Source: Clostridiales bacterium GWD2_32_19 (GTDB lineage Bacteria > Bacillota > Clostridia > Lachnospirales > UBA12420). Taken from it: a stretch of DNA of 64,000 nt. The notes under the pieces are model-generated. The model had not been told where the DNA came from and ran no database searches. It saw only the letters and a list, made by a program, of their open reading frames with translations. This document shows, one piece after another, positions 54,340-64,000 of the stretch (position 1 is its first letter; every line of letters begins with the position of its first letter). The position numbers were made by a program, and so were the translations under genes. The DNA lies in the NCBI GenBank assembly GCA_001795385.1, contig MGOU01000010.1, positions 203 through 64,202 of the forward strand, read 5' to 3'.

Positions 54340-55314
54340 ATGATAAAAAACATTAAGATAATAGGATATGGTAGTTGCACCCCATCAAATGTGGTAACAA
54401 ATCATGATTTGTCTGAGATTATTGATACTACAGACGAATGGATTTCAAAAAGAACAGGTATAAAAGAACGAAGAATATCTAAAGGTGAATCAACCTCGAG
54501 TTTAGCAATAGCTGCAGCAAAGAAAGCTTTGAATGTAGCTGGTATAACAGCGGCAGAGTTAGATTTAATAATAGTTGCGACTTCTACACCTGATTGTTTT
54601 TTTCCATCAACAGGATGTATTGTTCAGAGTGAGATAGGTGCTATAAATGCCACCAGCTTTGATTTAGCAGGAGCCTGCACTGGTTTTGTATATGCAACTG
54701 ATGTTGCAATACAATACCTGAAGACGGGTAGATTTAAAAGAGCTTTGGTTATCGGTGCAGAAGTTATGTCAAAGATTATTGATTGGAATGACAGGGGAAC
54801 TGCAATATTATTTGGTGATGGAGCAGGAGCTATAGTGATAACGACAACTGATGAAAAGAAAATAACAGAGGTATATACTAAATCAGATGGCACAAAATCT
54901 GAGGTATTAAAACTCCCAGCTGTACCAATAATAGATATGTATGATAATGTAAAAGTGATAGATAGAAGTATAATGACTATGAATGGGCAAGAAGTTTTCA
55001 AATTTGCATGTAATGTAATAATTGAAACCATAGATGAGTTAATTTCAAAATCAAATATTAAGCTAGAAGATGTTGATTATATTGTTTTACATCAAGCAAA
55101 CAGTAGAATAATAGAATATGTTTCAAATAAAGTAAATATTAATATAGAAAAGTTTTTTATGAATCTAGACAAGTATGGAAATACATCTGCTGCAAGCATA
55201 CCGATAGCCTTAGATGAAATGTATGGGAAAAACATGCTGAAATCAGGACAAAAACTGATGTTAATTGGTTTTGGTGGAGGGCTTACTTGGGGAGGAATAT
55301 TACTCGAATTATAA
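54340..55314 (+). CDS. fabH: 3-oxoacyl-ACP synthase III
   Basis: Active-site AGACTGF, HQAN and GNTSAASIP. Confidence 0.95.
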   Translation: MIKNIKIIGYGSCTPSNVVTNHDLSEIIDTTDEWISKRTGIKERRISKGESTSSLAIAAAKKALNVAGITAAELDLIIVATSTPDCFFPSTGCIVQSEIGAINATSFDLAGACTGFVYATDVAIQYLKTGRFKRALVIGAEVMSKIIDWNDRGTAILFGDGAGAIVITTTDEKKITEVYTKSDGTKSEVLKLPAVPIIDMYDNVKVIDRSIMTMNGQEVFKFACNVIIETIDELISKSNIKLEDVDYIVLHQANSRIIEYVSNKVNINIEKFFMNLDKYGNTSAASIPIALDEMYGKNMLKSGQKLMLIGFGGGLTWGGILLEL

Positions 55315-55433
55315 AATTTATTATTTATTTTGTAAAAAAAGTAAAAAAATAGTTGACAATTTGCAAAAAAAAATATAAAGTATAGTATGTAAATACCATA
55401 TTTTATTATATATTATTCAAGGGGGCTTATAAA

Positions 55434-55664
55434 ATGATATACGACAAAATCAAGGAAATAATAATTGATCAATTAGGAGTAAATGGGGAAGAAATAACAA
55501 TGGAAGCAAGTTTTACTGATGATCTGGGTGCAGATTCATTAGATGTTTTCCAAATAGTTATGGCTATTGAGGAAGAATTCGATATGGAAGTAGCAGAAAA
55601 TGATGCAGAAAAGATAAAGACTGTTGGCGACGCTGTAAAATATATTGAATCAAAAACTGAGTAA
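55434..55664 (+). CDS. acpP: acyl carrier protein
   Basis: DLGADSLD phosphopantetheine attachment site. Confidence 0.95.
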   Translation: MIYDKIKEIIIDQLGVNGEEITMEASFTDDLGADSLDVFQIVMAIEEEFDMEVAENDAEKIKTVGDAVKYIESKTE

Positions 55665-55680
55665 TTGAATACTTTATATT

Positions 55681-55712
55681 AAAAGGTCAAGTACACAGGT
55701 ATTTGGCCTTTT
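55681..55712 (+). terminator. hairpin plus T-run after acpP (partial terminator or attenuator)
   Basis: aaaggtcaa...ttggccttt followed by tatat. Confidence 0.45.
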
Positions 55713-55723
55713 ATATGTAAAAA

Positions 55724-55740
55724 TAGTTTGCATGTCAAAG
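55724..55740. promoter_or_regulatory. FabT-type operator candidate 2
   Basis: tagtttgcatgtcaaag shares aaTAGTTTG-N-GTCAAA with box 1 and lies 22 nt upstream of the fabK ATG. Confidence 0.5.
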
Positions 55741-55761
55741 TAGTTTTAGAGGAGGACAAAA

Positions 55762-56697
55762 ATGAAAAATTCAAGAATAACAGATATGTTTGGTGTAAAA
55801 TACCCAATACTACAAGGTGCAATGGCTTGGATAGCGGATAGTTCTCTTGCAGCAGCGGTTTCAAATGCTGGGGGACTAGGCATTATAGCTGGCGGTAATG
55901 CACCAGTTGATATTGTAAGAGAGGAAATAAAGAAAGCAAAGAAACTTACAGATAAACCATTTGGATTAAATATAATGCTTCTTAGTCCTTTTGCTGATGA
56001 TATAGCAAAGCTTGCATGTGAAGAAAAATTAGCATTTGTAACAACAGGAGCAGGAAACCCAAGCAAATATATGGAAATGTGGAAAGCAGCAGGAATAAAA
56101 GTAATCCCGGTAGTTCCATCAGTAGCATTAGCCATAGGTATGGAAAGAATAGGGGCAGATGCTGTAATTGCTGAAGGACTTGAAGGTGGAGGACATATTG
56201 GTAAATTGACAACAATGGTACTAATACCACAAGTTGTGGATGCAGTGAGTATACCTGTAATAGCCGCAGGGGGAATTGGAGACGGTCGAGGAATAGCAGC
56301 AGCAAAGATGCTAGGAGCGGATTGTGTACAAATTGGTACTAGATTTTTAGTAGCAAAAGAATGTACAGTACATATAAATTACAAAGAAAAAGTATTAAAA
56401 GCAACAGATATTGATACAGTTGAAACAGGACGATGCACAGGACACCCAGTAAGAGTACTTAGAAATCCATTATCAAGAATGATGATGAAAATGGAATCAG
56501 AAATGGACGATAAATCAGCGGCAATAGAATTTGAAAAGATGGGTTTAGGAACATTGCAATTGGCGGCTCGTGGAGGAGATGTTCAAAACGGATCAATAAT
56601 GGCAGGACAAATAGCTGGGATGGTTCACAAAGAGCAAACAGCTAAGGAAATGATAGAAGAAATGGTAGATGAGGCATATAAATTATTAAATATATAA
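55762..56697 (+). CDS. fabK: enoyl-[acyl-carrier-protein] reductase II, FabK (FMN, NPD family)
   Basis: YPILQGAMAWIADSSLAAAVSNAGGLGIIAGG and IAAGGIGDGRG. Confidence 0.9.
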   Translation: MKNSRITDMFGVKYPILQGAMAWIADSSLAAAVSNAGGLGIIAGGNAPVDIVREEIKKAKKLTDKPFGLNIMLLSPFADDIAKLACEEKLAFVTTGAGNPSKYMEMWKAAGIKVIPVVPSVALAIGMERIGADAVIAEGLEGGGHIGKLTTMVLIPQVVDAVSIPVIAAGGIGDGRGIAAAKMLGADCVQIGTRFLVAKECTVHINYKEKVLKATDIDTVETGRCTGHPVRVLRNPLSRMMMKMESEMDDKSAAIEFEKMGLGTLQLAARGGDVQNGSIMAGQIAGMVHKEQTAKEMIEEMVDEAYKLLNI

Positions 56698-56725
56698 ATA
56701 CTTATATGAATAATGTGTGTTGAAA

Positions 56726-56843
56726 TCTCCTCTAGCTGTCATTGCGAGAAGGAATAACGAAGCAATCTCGTCTTTTATTGAATGAAATACTGAGATTGCT
56801 TCGTCGAGAAGAACACTCTCGCTCGCAATGACAGGCTGGGAGA
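56726..56843. repeat. family 1 repeat, variant copy F, between fabK and fabD
   Basis: tctcctctagctgtcattgcgag...cgaagcaatctcg...gagattgcttcg...ctcgcaatgacaggctgggaga. Confidence 0.85.
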
Positions 56844-56887
56844 ACTATTCACTATCCACTATTACCTACTAAAACGGAGGATTTCAT

Positions 56888-57829
56888 ATGAGAAAAATAG
56901 CATTTTTATTTGCAGGTCAAGGGGCACAGTATATTGGAATGGGTAAAGAATTGTATGAAAACTATTCTGAAGCCAGAGATGTTTTTGATATTGCAAATGA
57001 AGTTTTAGACATAGATGTAAATGAGTTATGCTTCAATGGACCCAAAGAGGAACTTGATATAACTAAAAATACACAGCCAACTGTGCTTACTACGAGTATT
57101 GCAGCACTTAGGGTGTTAGTAAAAAATAATATAAAGCCTGATGTAGTTGCAGGACTAAGTTTAGGCGAATATGGAGCATTAGTATGTAGTGGAGTTTTGG
57201 AGTTTAAAGATGCAGTAAAATTAGTACAAAAAAGAGGCAAGTATATGGAAGAGGCGTTGCCAAACGGTGTAGGAAGTATGGCAGCTATTATAGGATTAGA
57301 AAGAGAAAAGATAGTGCAGGTATGTGAATGTTTAAGCACAGAAGGATTTGTAACACCAGCAAACTATAATTGCCCAGGGCAAGTTGTTATTGCAGGTGAA
57401 ACTGCTATGATTGATAAGGCATGTGAAGCTATGAAAGAGGCAGGAGCAAAAATTGCTATGAAACTACCAGTAAGTAGTGCATTTCATACTAAAATGCTAC
57501 AAGACGCAGCAGATAAACTGAAAGTTGAGTTAGAGAACATAAATATAAATAATATGAAAATTCCGGTTATAACAAATGTTACAGCCGATTACATAGAAGA
57601 TATTAAAGAAGTGAAAGAAATTCTAGTTAAACAAGTGACTAGTCCAGTTTTGTGGGAAGACACCATAAAAAGGATGATAGATGATGGCGTAGACACATTT
57701 ATCGAGATAGGCCCAGGTAAAACATTATCAGGGTTTGTAAAAAAGATAGATAAAACGAAAACTATACTTAATGTGGAAGATGGAGCTTCGTTAGAAAAGA
57801 CGATGGAAGAATTGAAAAAATTAAAATAA
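56888..57829 (+). CDS. fabD: malonyl CoA-ACP transacylase
   Basis: FLFAGQGAQ and GLSLGEY. Confidence 0.95.
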   Translation: MRKIAFLFAGQGAQYIGMGKELYENYSEARDVFDIANEVLDIDVNELCFNGPKEELDITKNTQPTVLTTSIAALRVLVKNNIKPDVVAGLSLGEYGALVCSGVLEFKDAVKLVQKRGKYMEEALPNGVGSMAAIIGLEREKIVQVCECLSTEGFVTPANYNCPGQVVIAGETAMIDKACEAMKEAGAKIAMKLPVSSAFHTKMLQDAADKLKVELENININNMKIPVITNVTADYIEDIKEVKEILVKQVTSPVLWEDTIKRMIDDGVDTFIEIGPGKTLSGFVKKIDKTKTILNVEDGASLEKTMEELKKLK

Positions 57830-57883
57830 GAGGATAGGGGGCATGTTTTGGCCTAAGTATTCGATTATAAAGGAGCGAGGTTT

Positions 57884-58624
57884 ATGTTGGAAGATAAAGT
57901 AGCTGTAGTTACTGGAGCGAGTAGTGGGATAGGTAGAGAGATAGCATTGACTTTAGCTTTAAAAGGTGCTAAAATAGTAGTAAATTATAGGGGAAATGAT
58001 GAGGAAGCAAATAAGGTTGTATTAGATATTGAAAACGCAGGATCAAAAGCAATAGCAGTTAAGGGTGATGTGAGTAAAGCTACAGATATGGAAAAACTTA
58101 TAAAAACAGCCGTTAGTACATTTGGAAAAGTAGATATACTAGTAAATAATGCGGGAATAACCAAAGATAATCTACTACTTAAGATGACGGATGAACAGTT
58201 TAGTGATGTAATAGATATAAATTTAAAAGGAACTTTTAACTGTACAAAAGCGGTTACAAAATACATGTTAAAACAAAGAAGTGGGAAAATAATAAACATA
58301 GCATCAGTAATAGGTATAGTTGGAAATGCAGGGCAATCTAATTATGCAGCGAGTAAGGCAGGAATTATTGGTTTCACAAAATCAGTAGCGAAAGAACTTG
58401 CATCAAGAGGCATAACAGCAAATGCAGTAGCACCTGGATTTATAAGAACTAAAATGACAGATATACTTTCAGAAGATGTAAAACAGGAAATATTAAAAAA
58501 CATACCACTAAAGAAATTCGGAGAGGCACAAGATGTTGCAAAGATAGTAGCGTATTTAGCATCAGATGATGCAAATTACATAACAGGTCAAGTAATAAAC
58601 ATAGATGGCGGAATGGTAATGTAA
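57884..58624 (+). CDS. fabG: 3-oxoacyl-ACP reductase
   Basis: VTGASSGIG, NNAGIT, YAASKAG. Confidence 0.95.
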   Translation: MLEDKVAVVTGASSGIGREIALTLALKGAKIVVNYRGNDEEANKVVLDIENAGSKAIAVKGDVSKATDMEKLIKTAVSTFGKVDILVNNAGITKDNLLLKMTDEQFSDVIDINLKGTFNCTKAVTKYMLKQRSGKIINIASVIGIVGNAGQSNYAASKAGIIGFTKSVAKELASRGITANAVAPGFIRTKMTDILSEDVKQEILKNIPLKKFGEAQDVAKIVAYLASDDANYITGQVINIDGGMVM

Positions 58625-58648
58625 ATTAAATAAAACGGAGGGAAAAAA

Positions 58649-59884
58649 ATGAAAAGAGTTGTAATAACAGGACTTGGGGCGATTACTCCACTAGGTAACG
58701 ATGTAGATACTTTTTGGGATAATATTAAACAAAATAAATGTGCGATAGAGAATATCACTAAATTTGATATTACAGACTATAAGACAAAGCTTGCAGCAGA
58801 AGTAAAAGACTTTGAAGTTGAGAAGTATATTGATAAAAAAGAAGCAAAAAGATTAGACCAGTTTTCTCACTATGCTATTGCAGCGGCAAAACAGGCATTA
58901 GAAGATTCTAAGGTAGTTGTAGAAGATGTAGATGTAAATAGATTTGGAGTGTATATTGGTTCAGGGATTGGGGGTATGTCTACTTGGGAAGATGAAAGTA
59001 GAAACCTAATTCAAAAGGGAAACAAGAGAATTTCTCCATTTTTCATACCAATGACGATAGGCAATATGGCAGCAGGGAATGTTGCTATAGCGGTAGGCGC
59101 AAAAGGGCCTTGCCTTTCTATCGTAACAGCTTGTGCAACAGGTACGCATAGCATAGGTGAAGCGTATAGACTTATAAAATCAGGTGGCGCAGATGTTATG
59201 CTTGCTGGAGGTTCAGAGTCTTCTATTACTCAAATGGGTATTGCAGGGTTCGAGGCACTTAGAGCTTTAAGCTTTAGTCACGACAAAGATAGAGCATCTA
59301 TTCCTTTCGATAACGAAAGAGATGGTTTCGTAATGGGTGAAGGAGCAGGAGTTATAGTGCTTGAAAACCTTGAATTTGCGCAAAGTCGCGGAGCAAGGAT
59401 ATATGGTGAGTTAGTTGGATATGGTTCTACATGTGATGCATATCATATGACTTCTCCAGCACCAGAAGGAGAAGGCGCTGCAAGGGCTATGCAAGTAGCA
59501 ATAAGTGATGCAGGAATAAGCAAAGAAAGTATAGACTATATAAATGCACACGGAACGAGTACAAAATATAATGATGAAAACGAAACAAAAGCTATAAAAG
59601 CTGTTTTTGGGGAGCATGCGTATAAACTAGCAGTTAGCTCTACGAAGTCAATGATAGGTCACTTACTTGGAGCAGCAGGTGGAGTAGAAGCTGTAATATG
59701 TGCAAAAGCTATAGTTGATGGATTTATGCCTGCTACGATAAACTATAGAGAAAAAGACCCAGAATGTGATTTGGATTATATACCAAATATAGGTAGGGAA
59801 AAGGAAGTAAATTGTGTAATGTCAAATTCTCTTGGATTTGGTGGTCACAATGCATGTATAATAATTAAAAAATTTACAGAATAA
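58649..59884 (+). CDS. fabF: 3-oxoacyl-ACP synthase II
   Basis: Active-site ACATG, HGTST and GHLLGAAG. Confidence 0.95.
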   Translation: MKRVVITGLGAITPLGNDVDTFWDNIKQNKCAIENITKFDITDYKTKLAAEVKDFEVEKYIDKKEAKRLDQFSHYAIAAAKQALEDSKVVVEDVDVNRFGVYIGSGIGGMSTWEDESRNLIQKGNKRISPFFIPMTIGNMAAGNVAIAVGAKGPCLSIVTACATGTHSIGEAYRLIKSGGADVMLAGGSESSITQMGIAGFEALRALSFSHDKDRASIPFDNERDGFVMGEGAGVIVLENLEFAQSRGARIYGELVGYGSTCDAYHMTSPAPEGEGAARAMQVAISDAGISKESIDYINAHGTSTKYNDENETKAIKAVFGEHAYKLAVSSTKSMIGHLLGAAGGVEAVICAKAIVDGFMPATINYREKDPECDLDYIPNIGREKEVNCVMSNSLGFGGHNACIIIKKFTE

Positions 59885-59913
59885 ATTGCAAATTTGAGAC
59901 GGAGGCGAAAGTA

Positions 59914-60378
59914 TTGGATATAAAAGAAATAAATGAGCTTATTGATAAAATAAACGAGTCAAAATTAACAGAGTTTAGGTATGAAACTGAGAATCTTAAT
60001 TTAGTGATAAAGAAAGAAAAAGCAGAGGTTACATATGAGGAAAGTCACACAGCACAAAAGATGATTCCACAGGTTGCTGTAAATACAATATTAGCATCGG
60101 AACAAACAACAAATGTGGTACCTGTACAAGAAGAAAACCAAGATCATATAGTTAAATCACCTATCGTTGGTACATATTATGCAGCAGCAAATGCAAAAGC
60201 AGAAGCGTTTGTAAAAGTAGGCGATAAAGTAAAAAAAGGTGATGTTTTATGTATAATAGAAGCAATGAAACTCATGAATGAAATAGAATCAGAAGCAACA
60301 GGAGAAATCATAGATATTCTTGTGAAAAATGCACAGATGGTAGAATACGGACAACCATTATTTGTAGTAAAAGAGTAG
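59914..60378 (+). CDS. accB: acetyl-CoA carboxylase biotin carboxyl carrier protein
   Basis: EAMKLMNEIE biotinylation motif; TTG start. Confidence 0.9.
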   Translation: MDIKEINELIDKINESKLTEFRYETENLNLVIKKEKAEVTYEESHTAQKMIPQVAVNTILASEQTTNVVPVQEENQDHIVKSPIVGTYYAAANAKAEAFVKVGDKVKKGDVLCIIEAMKLMNEIESEATGEIIDILVKNAQMVEYGQPLFVVKE

Positions 60379-60442
60379 TCGAAGCAAAGCTTGGACTACT
60401 ATGTTTGTATGAACTGCTGTGTTAATGTATTAGGGTAATAGT

Positions 60443-60606
60443 TTAATCTCTTTGGGTTTAATTCCCCGTCGGCTTGCCGCGTTCTTGTCATTGCGAGGAG
60501 GTTCTTTCGACGAAGCAATCTCGTTTTTGAAAGATGAGATTGCTTCGCAAAAAACGCTCGCAATGACAACATGATACCCCGTCGGCTTGCCATGGGGAGG
60601 TTCATT
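60443..60606. repeat. family 1 repeat, copy D, between accB and fabZ
   Basis: Near-identical to copies B and C. Confidence 0.9.
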
Positions 60607-60684
60607 GTTCTCCCCTGCAAAAGGGAGGAACCAAAGGCACAATTCTTAGCAAATATATTTAGAATAAAATAAGAGGTGATATAA

Positions 60685-61107
60685 ATGTTAAATATAATGG
60701 AAATTCAACAGATAATTCCTCATAGACATCCATTTTTACTAGTGGATAAGGCTGAAATAGATGAAGCTAATAATAAAGCGATTGGTTATAAAAATGTAAC
60801 AATCAATGAGCATTTTTTCATTGGGCATTTTCCAGGAAATCCAGTAATGCCAGGTGTTCTTATAATAGAAGCACTTGCTCAAGTAGGAGCAATATATATA
60901 TTAAGCAAAGAAGCATTCAAAGGTAAAACAGCATATTTTGGTGCTATAAATAATGCCAGATTTAAAAGAATGGTTGTTCCAGGGGATGTTTTAAAACTAG
61001 AAATTGAGATAATAAAGATGAAAGGTCCAGTAGGAATAGGGCACGCAGTAGCCACAGTAGATGGTGAACTAGCTGCAGAAGCCGAATTGACATTTGTAAT
61101 AAAATAG
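60685..61107 (+). CDS. fabZ: 3-hydroxyacyl-ACP dehydratase
   Basis: [11 protein letters not shown] and [19 protein letters not shown]. Confidence 0.95.
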   Translation: MLNIMEIQQIIPHRHPFLLVDKAEIDEANNKAIGYKNVTINEHFFIGHFPGNPVMPGVLIIEALAQVGAIYILSKEAFKGKTAYFGAINNARFKRMVVPGDVLKLEIEIIKMKGPVGIGHAVATVDGELAAEAELTFVIK

Positions 61108-61196
61108 ATAGCAGAAAAAAAACAGATATTGCTCCATTGCTTTAGAGCGGATGGGTCGTGTCAGCTATTTGATATCTAAACGAAGGAGTGAAGAAC

Positions 61197-62546
61197 ATGT
61201 TTAAAAAAATACTTATTGCTAATCGCGGAGAGATTGCGATAAGAATAATAAGAGCCTGTAGGGAAATGGGTATTGAAACAGTGGCTGTTTATTCAAAGGT
61301 GGATAAAGATGCTTTGCATACACAAATGGCTGATGAGGCGATATGCATAGGTGAAGCAGCTTCACAAGATAGTTATTTAAATATACAAAACATACTTAGT
61401 GCGACTATTCTTTCTGGTGCAGAAGCAATACACCCAGGTTTTGGATTTTTATCTGAAAACAGTAGGTTTGCAAGGATGTGCCAGGAATGCAACATAAAAT
61501 TTATAGGACCAAAACCAGAAGTAATTGATAAAATGGGAAATAAATCAAAAGCTAGAGAAATAATGAAGCAAGCTGGTATCAGTGTAGTACCTGGATCAGA
61601 AGGCATAGTGCTAGATGGCTATGAAGCATTAAAGCTAGCAGATAAAATAGGATATCCAGTTATGATTAAAGCTTCAGCAGGTGGTGGCGGAAGAGGCATG
61701 AGGCTTGCTAGACAAAGGGAAGAGTTTTTGAAATTGTTTGACACTGCCCAAACAGAAGCCAAAATAGGATTTGGAGACCCATCTATGTATGTAGAAAAAT
61801 TCATAGAAAACCCAAAACACATAGAAATTCAAATACTAGCCGATGAACACGGCAATGTAATACATTTAGGTGAAAGAGACTGTTCTATCCAAAGAAGACA
61901 TCAAAAGATGATTGAGGAAGCACCGTCAGTGCTTTTAGATGAAGTTCTAAGAAAGAAAATGGGTGAAACTGCGGTAAGAGCTGCCAGGACTGTAAAATAT
62001 CAGAATGCAGGTACTATAGAGTTTTTAGTAGATAAAAATAAAAATTTCTATTTTATGGAGATGAACACAAGAATTCAGGTGGAACATCCAATAACAGAAA
62101 TGATAACAGGAATCGATATAGTTAAAGAACAAATACTGATAGCAACAGGAAAAAAACTTGAAATTATGCAAAAAGATGTTAAAATAAATGGTCATGCAAT
62201 AGAATGTAGAATAAATGCAGAGGATCCAGAGCATAACTTTAGACCATCACCAGGAAAGATAGAAAACATGCATATTCCAGGGGGCTTAGGCGTTAGAGTG
62301 GACAGTGCTATTTATAATGGATACACAATTCCACCCAATTACGATTCAATGCTCACAAAGCTTATTGTTCACGCTAAAACAAGAACAGAAGCAATAGCAA
62401 AAATGAAGAGAGCACTGAGTGAGTTTATAGTAGATGGAGTAAAGACAAATATAGACTTTCACTTCCAAATTTTAAATAATGAAATGTTTAAAAATGGAAC
62501 ATATGACACAGGTTTTATTGAGCATATGAAGGAAGGAATTAGATGA
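61197..62546 (+). CDS. accC: acetyl-CoA carboxylase biotin carboxylase subunit
   Basis: [18 protein letters not shown] and an ATP-grasp region [11 protein letters not shown] 61197 is preferred over GTG 61188. Confidence 0.95.
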   Translation: MFKKILIANRGEIAIRIIRACREMGIETVAVYSKVDKDALHTQMADEAICIGEAASQDSYLNIQNILSATILSGAEAIHPGFGFLSENSRFARMCQECNIKFIGPKPEVIDKMGNKSKAREIMKQAGISVVPGSEGIVLDGYEALKLADKIGYPVMIKASAGGGGRGMRLARQREEFLKLFDTAQTEAKIGFGDPSMYVEKFIENPKHIEIQILADEHGNVIHLGERDCSIQRRHQKMIEEAPSVLLDEVLRKKMGETAVRAARTVKYQNAGTIEFLVDKNKNFYFMEMNTRIQVEHPITEMITGIDIVKEQILIATGKKLEIMQKDVKINGHAIECRINAEDPEHNFRPSPGKIENMHIPGGLGVRVDSAIYNGYTIPPNYDSMLTKLIVHAKTRTEAIAKMKRALSEFIVDGVKTNIDFHFQILNNEMFKNGTYDTGFIEHMKEGIR

Positions 62547-62640
62547 CAAAGTACAAAGTGCAAAGTGAAAATGGCAAAGAAAAAGAATATAGATGGATAG
62601 TTTTTAAATTTGTACTTTGAACCTTGTTCTTTGTACTTTG
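62547..62640. repeat. family 3 repeats in the accC-accD spacer (inverted plus two direct copies)
   Basis: caaagtacaaag (62547-62558) is the reverse complement of ctttgtactttg (62629-62640). tttgtactttg also occurs at 62609-62619. Confidence 0.85.
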
Positions 62641-62659
62641 AAAACCGGAGGTTTTATAT

Positions 62660-63529
62660 ATGGGAATGTTTAGTTCGAAAAAATACATTACACTTGATAT
62701 AAGGAAACATATTGAGACAAGCGATAAGTCAGAAGATAAGGAATATAAGCCTTATATACCTAATGGTATGTGGGTTAAATGTCCTGAGTGCGGAATGACT
62801 TTATATAAGGAAGATCTTGAAAAGGGAAATTTGGTTTGTATTCATTGTCACTCACATTTGAGGATGGGAGTTGCAGAGAGGATAAAACTTATAATAGATG
62901 AGGGTACATTTGAAGAAATTGATAGAAATATAGAAAGTGATAATCCGCTTAATTTTACTGATTACGATATAAAAAAATATCAAAATAAAACAGGACTTAA
63001 GTCAGCGGTAGTAACAGGAAAAGGAAATATAAATAAACACCCAATTATGGTAGCTATTATGGAGTTTGGATTTAAGGGTGGCAGCATGTCAGTGGCCGAA
63101 GGTGAAAAAATAACTAGAGCTATTGAAAAGGCGACTGCTGAAAAACTGCCGATTATTATATTCACTGCATCAGGTGGAGCAAGGATGGAAGAAGGGATAT
63201 TCTCTCTTATGCAAATGGCTAAAACGAGTGCAGCGCTTGCAAGGCATAGCCAAGCAGGACTGTTATACATAACTGTACTTACCGACCCAACAACAGGAGG
63301 AATTACAGCAAGTTTTGCAATGCTTGGAGATATTATACTTGCAGAACCAGGAACTCTAGTCGGATTTGCTGGAAAACGCGTAATAGAACAGACTATCAAA
63401 CAACAGTTGCCTAATGGATTTCAGACATCAGAGTTCTTATTAGAACATGGATTTATAGATAAAATAGTACCAAGAGGCGAACTTAAAACAACGATTGGGA
63501 AAATATTAGAAATGCATAAGATAGATTAG
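62660..63529 (+). CDS. accD: acetyl-CoA carboxylase carboxyltransferase beta subunit
   Basis: Zn ribbon CPECG...CIHC and GGSMS. Confidence 0.95.
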   Translation: MGMFSSKKYITLDIRKHIETSDKSEDKEYKPYIPNGMWVKCPECGMTLYKEDLEKGNLVCIHCHSHLRMGVAERIKLIIDEGTFEEIDRNIESDNPLNFTDYDIKKYQNKTGLKSAVVTGKGNINKHPIMVAIMEFGFKGGSMSVAEGEKITRAIEKATAEKLPIIIFTASGGARMEEGIFSLMQMAKTSAALARHSQAGLLYITVLTDPTTGGITASFAMLGDIILAEPGTLVGFAGKRVIEQTIKQQLPNGFQTSEFLLEHGFIDKIVPRGELKTTIGKILEMHKID

Positions 63530-63544
63530 AAGGATGTGGTTTAC

Positions 63545-64000
63545 ATGAATAAAGTGTGGAGTAAAGTTGAGCTTGCGAGACATGCAGACAGACCAGCAGC
63601 TCTTGATTATATAAATATAATATTTACTGATTTTATAGAGCTACACGGAGATAGGCTATTTGCGGATGACAAGGCTTTTGTATGTGGTATCGCGAAGTTT
63701 AACGACCAGCCTGTAACAATCATAGCGCAACAAAAAGGAAGAAATACAAAAGAAAAAATAGAGAGAAACTTTGCTATGCCTCATCCAGAGGGATATAGAA
63801 AGGCACTTAGGTTTATGAAACAGGCAGAGAAATTTAAGCGTCCGATTATTTGTTTTGTAGATACGCCAGGAGCATTTTGTGGAATAGGAGCAGAAGAAAG
63901 AGGGCAAGGTGAAGCAATAGCGAGAAATTTACTAGAGATGTCGCAGCTAAAGGTGCCAGTAATTTCAATCATAATAGGTGAAGGTGGAAGTGGTGGAGCA
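63545..64000 (+). CDS. accA: acetyl-CoA carboxylase carboxyltransferase alpha subunit (5' partial, runs off the window)
   Basis: My translation: [23 protein letters not shown]...[23 protein letters not shown]...[11 protein letters not shown]. It is not in the ORF track because there is no stop within the window. Confidence 0.9.
   Translation, partial: MNKVWSKVELARHADRPAALDYINIIFTDFIELHGDRLFADDKAFVCGIAKFNDQPVTIIAQQKGRNTKEKIERNFAMPHPEGYRKALRFMKQAEKFKRPIICFVDTPGAFCGIGAEERGQGEAIARNLLEMSQLKVPVISIIIGEGGSGGA

Noticed and set aside
1-64000. Scan for rRNA, tRNA, tmRNA, transposase, integrase, RT, Cas and classic toxin-antitoxin or restriction-modification genes
   Set aside because: None was recognisable by eye in ORFs or spacers. 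Absence cannot be proven without tRNAscan, Infernal or HMM searches.

Overview
Low-GC window from what looks like a spore-forming anaerobic Firmicute of the Clostridia type. The support is splB, a 57-aa clostridial 2x[4Fe-4S] ferredoxin, a T-box-controlled valS and a FabK-type fab/acc cluster. All homology calls come from motif recognition by eye, with no searches run. Most genes are + strand housekeeping: rpsF-ssb-rpsR, minDE-rodA, a GGDEF cyclase, pcrA, rsmE, a CheY-like receiver, addB, valS, recQ, xseAB, murG, and a complete fabI-marR-fabH-acpP-fabK-fabD-fabG-fabF-accB-fabZ-accCDA cluster running off the right edge. No rRNA, tRNA, CRISPR array, transposase or integrase was seen. There are five less ordinary areas. 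(1) The left 11 kb holds GT2, GNAT, HD, ASCH, a 519-aa protein built from three MazG-like repeats, a sensor-less MCP coupled to a small 8-Cys 'two-CW'-type protein, and an unknown membrane plus coiled-coil pair. (2) Three families of short structured repeats are present. One 42-nt hairpin occurs five times in the same orientation, and four copies end exactly 24 nt before a start codon (the fifth 17 or 23 nt). (3) splB plus an ABC exporter form a 3.2-kb module bracketed by ~150-bp direct repeats, with a possible leader-peptide attenuator. (4) A 609-aa modular type IV pilin-like protein (pilin head, Ig-like domain, FGE-sulfatase-like domain) has no pilus machinery nearby. (5) Three Cys-rich, sigma-K-promoter-like (spore coat-like) genes each lie next to a thioredoxin paralogue. 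One is an untracked 58-aa ORF and one is a ferritin-like protein with 8 x 42-bp tandem repeats. I cannot prove that any of these is a new system. The best candidates are the start-codon-registered hairpin repeat, the MCP/two-CW pair, the modular pilin and the Cys-rich/thioredoxin loci.
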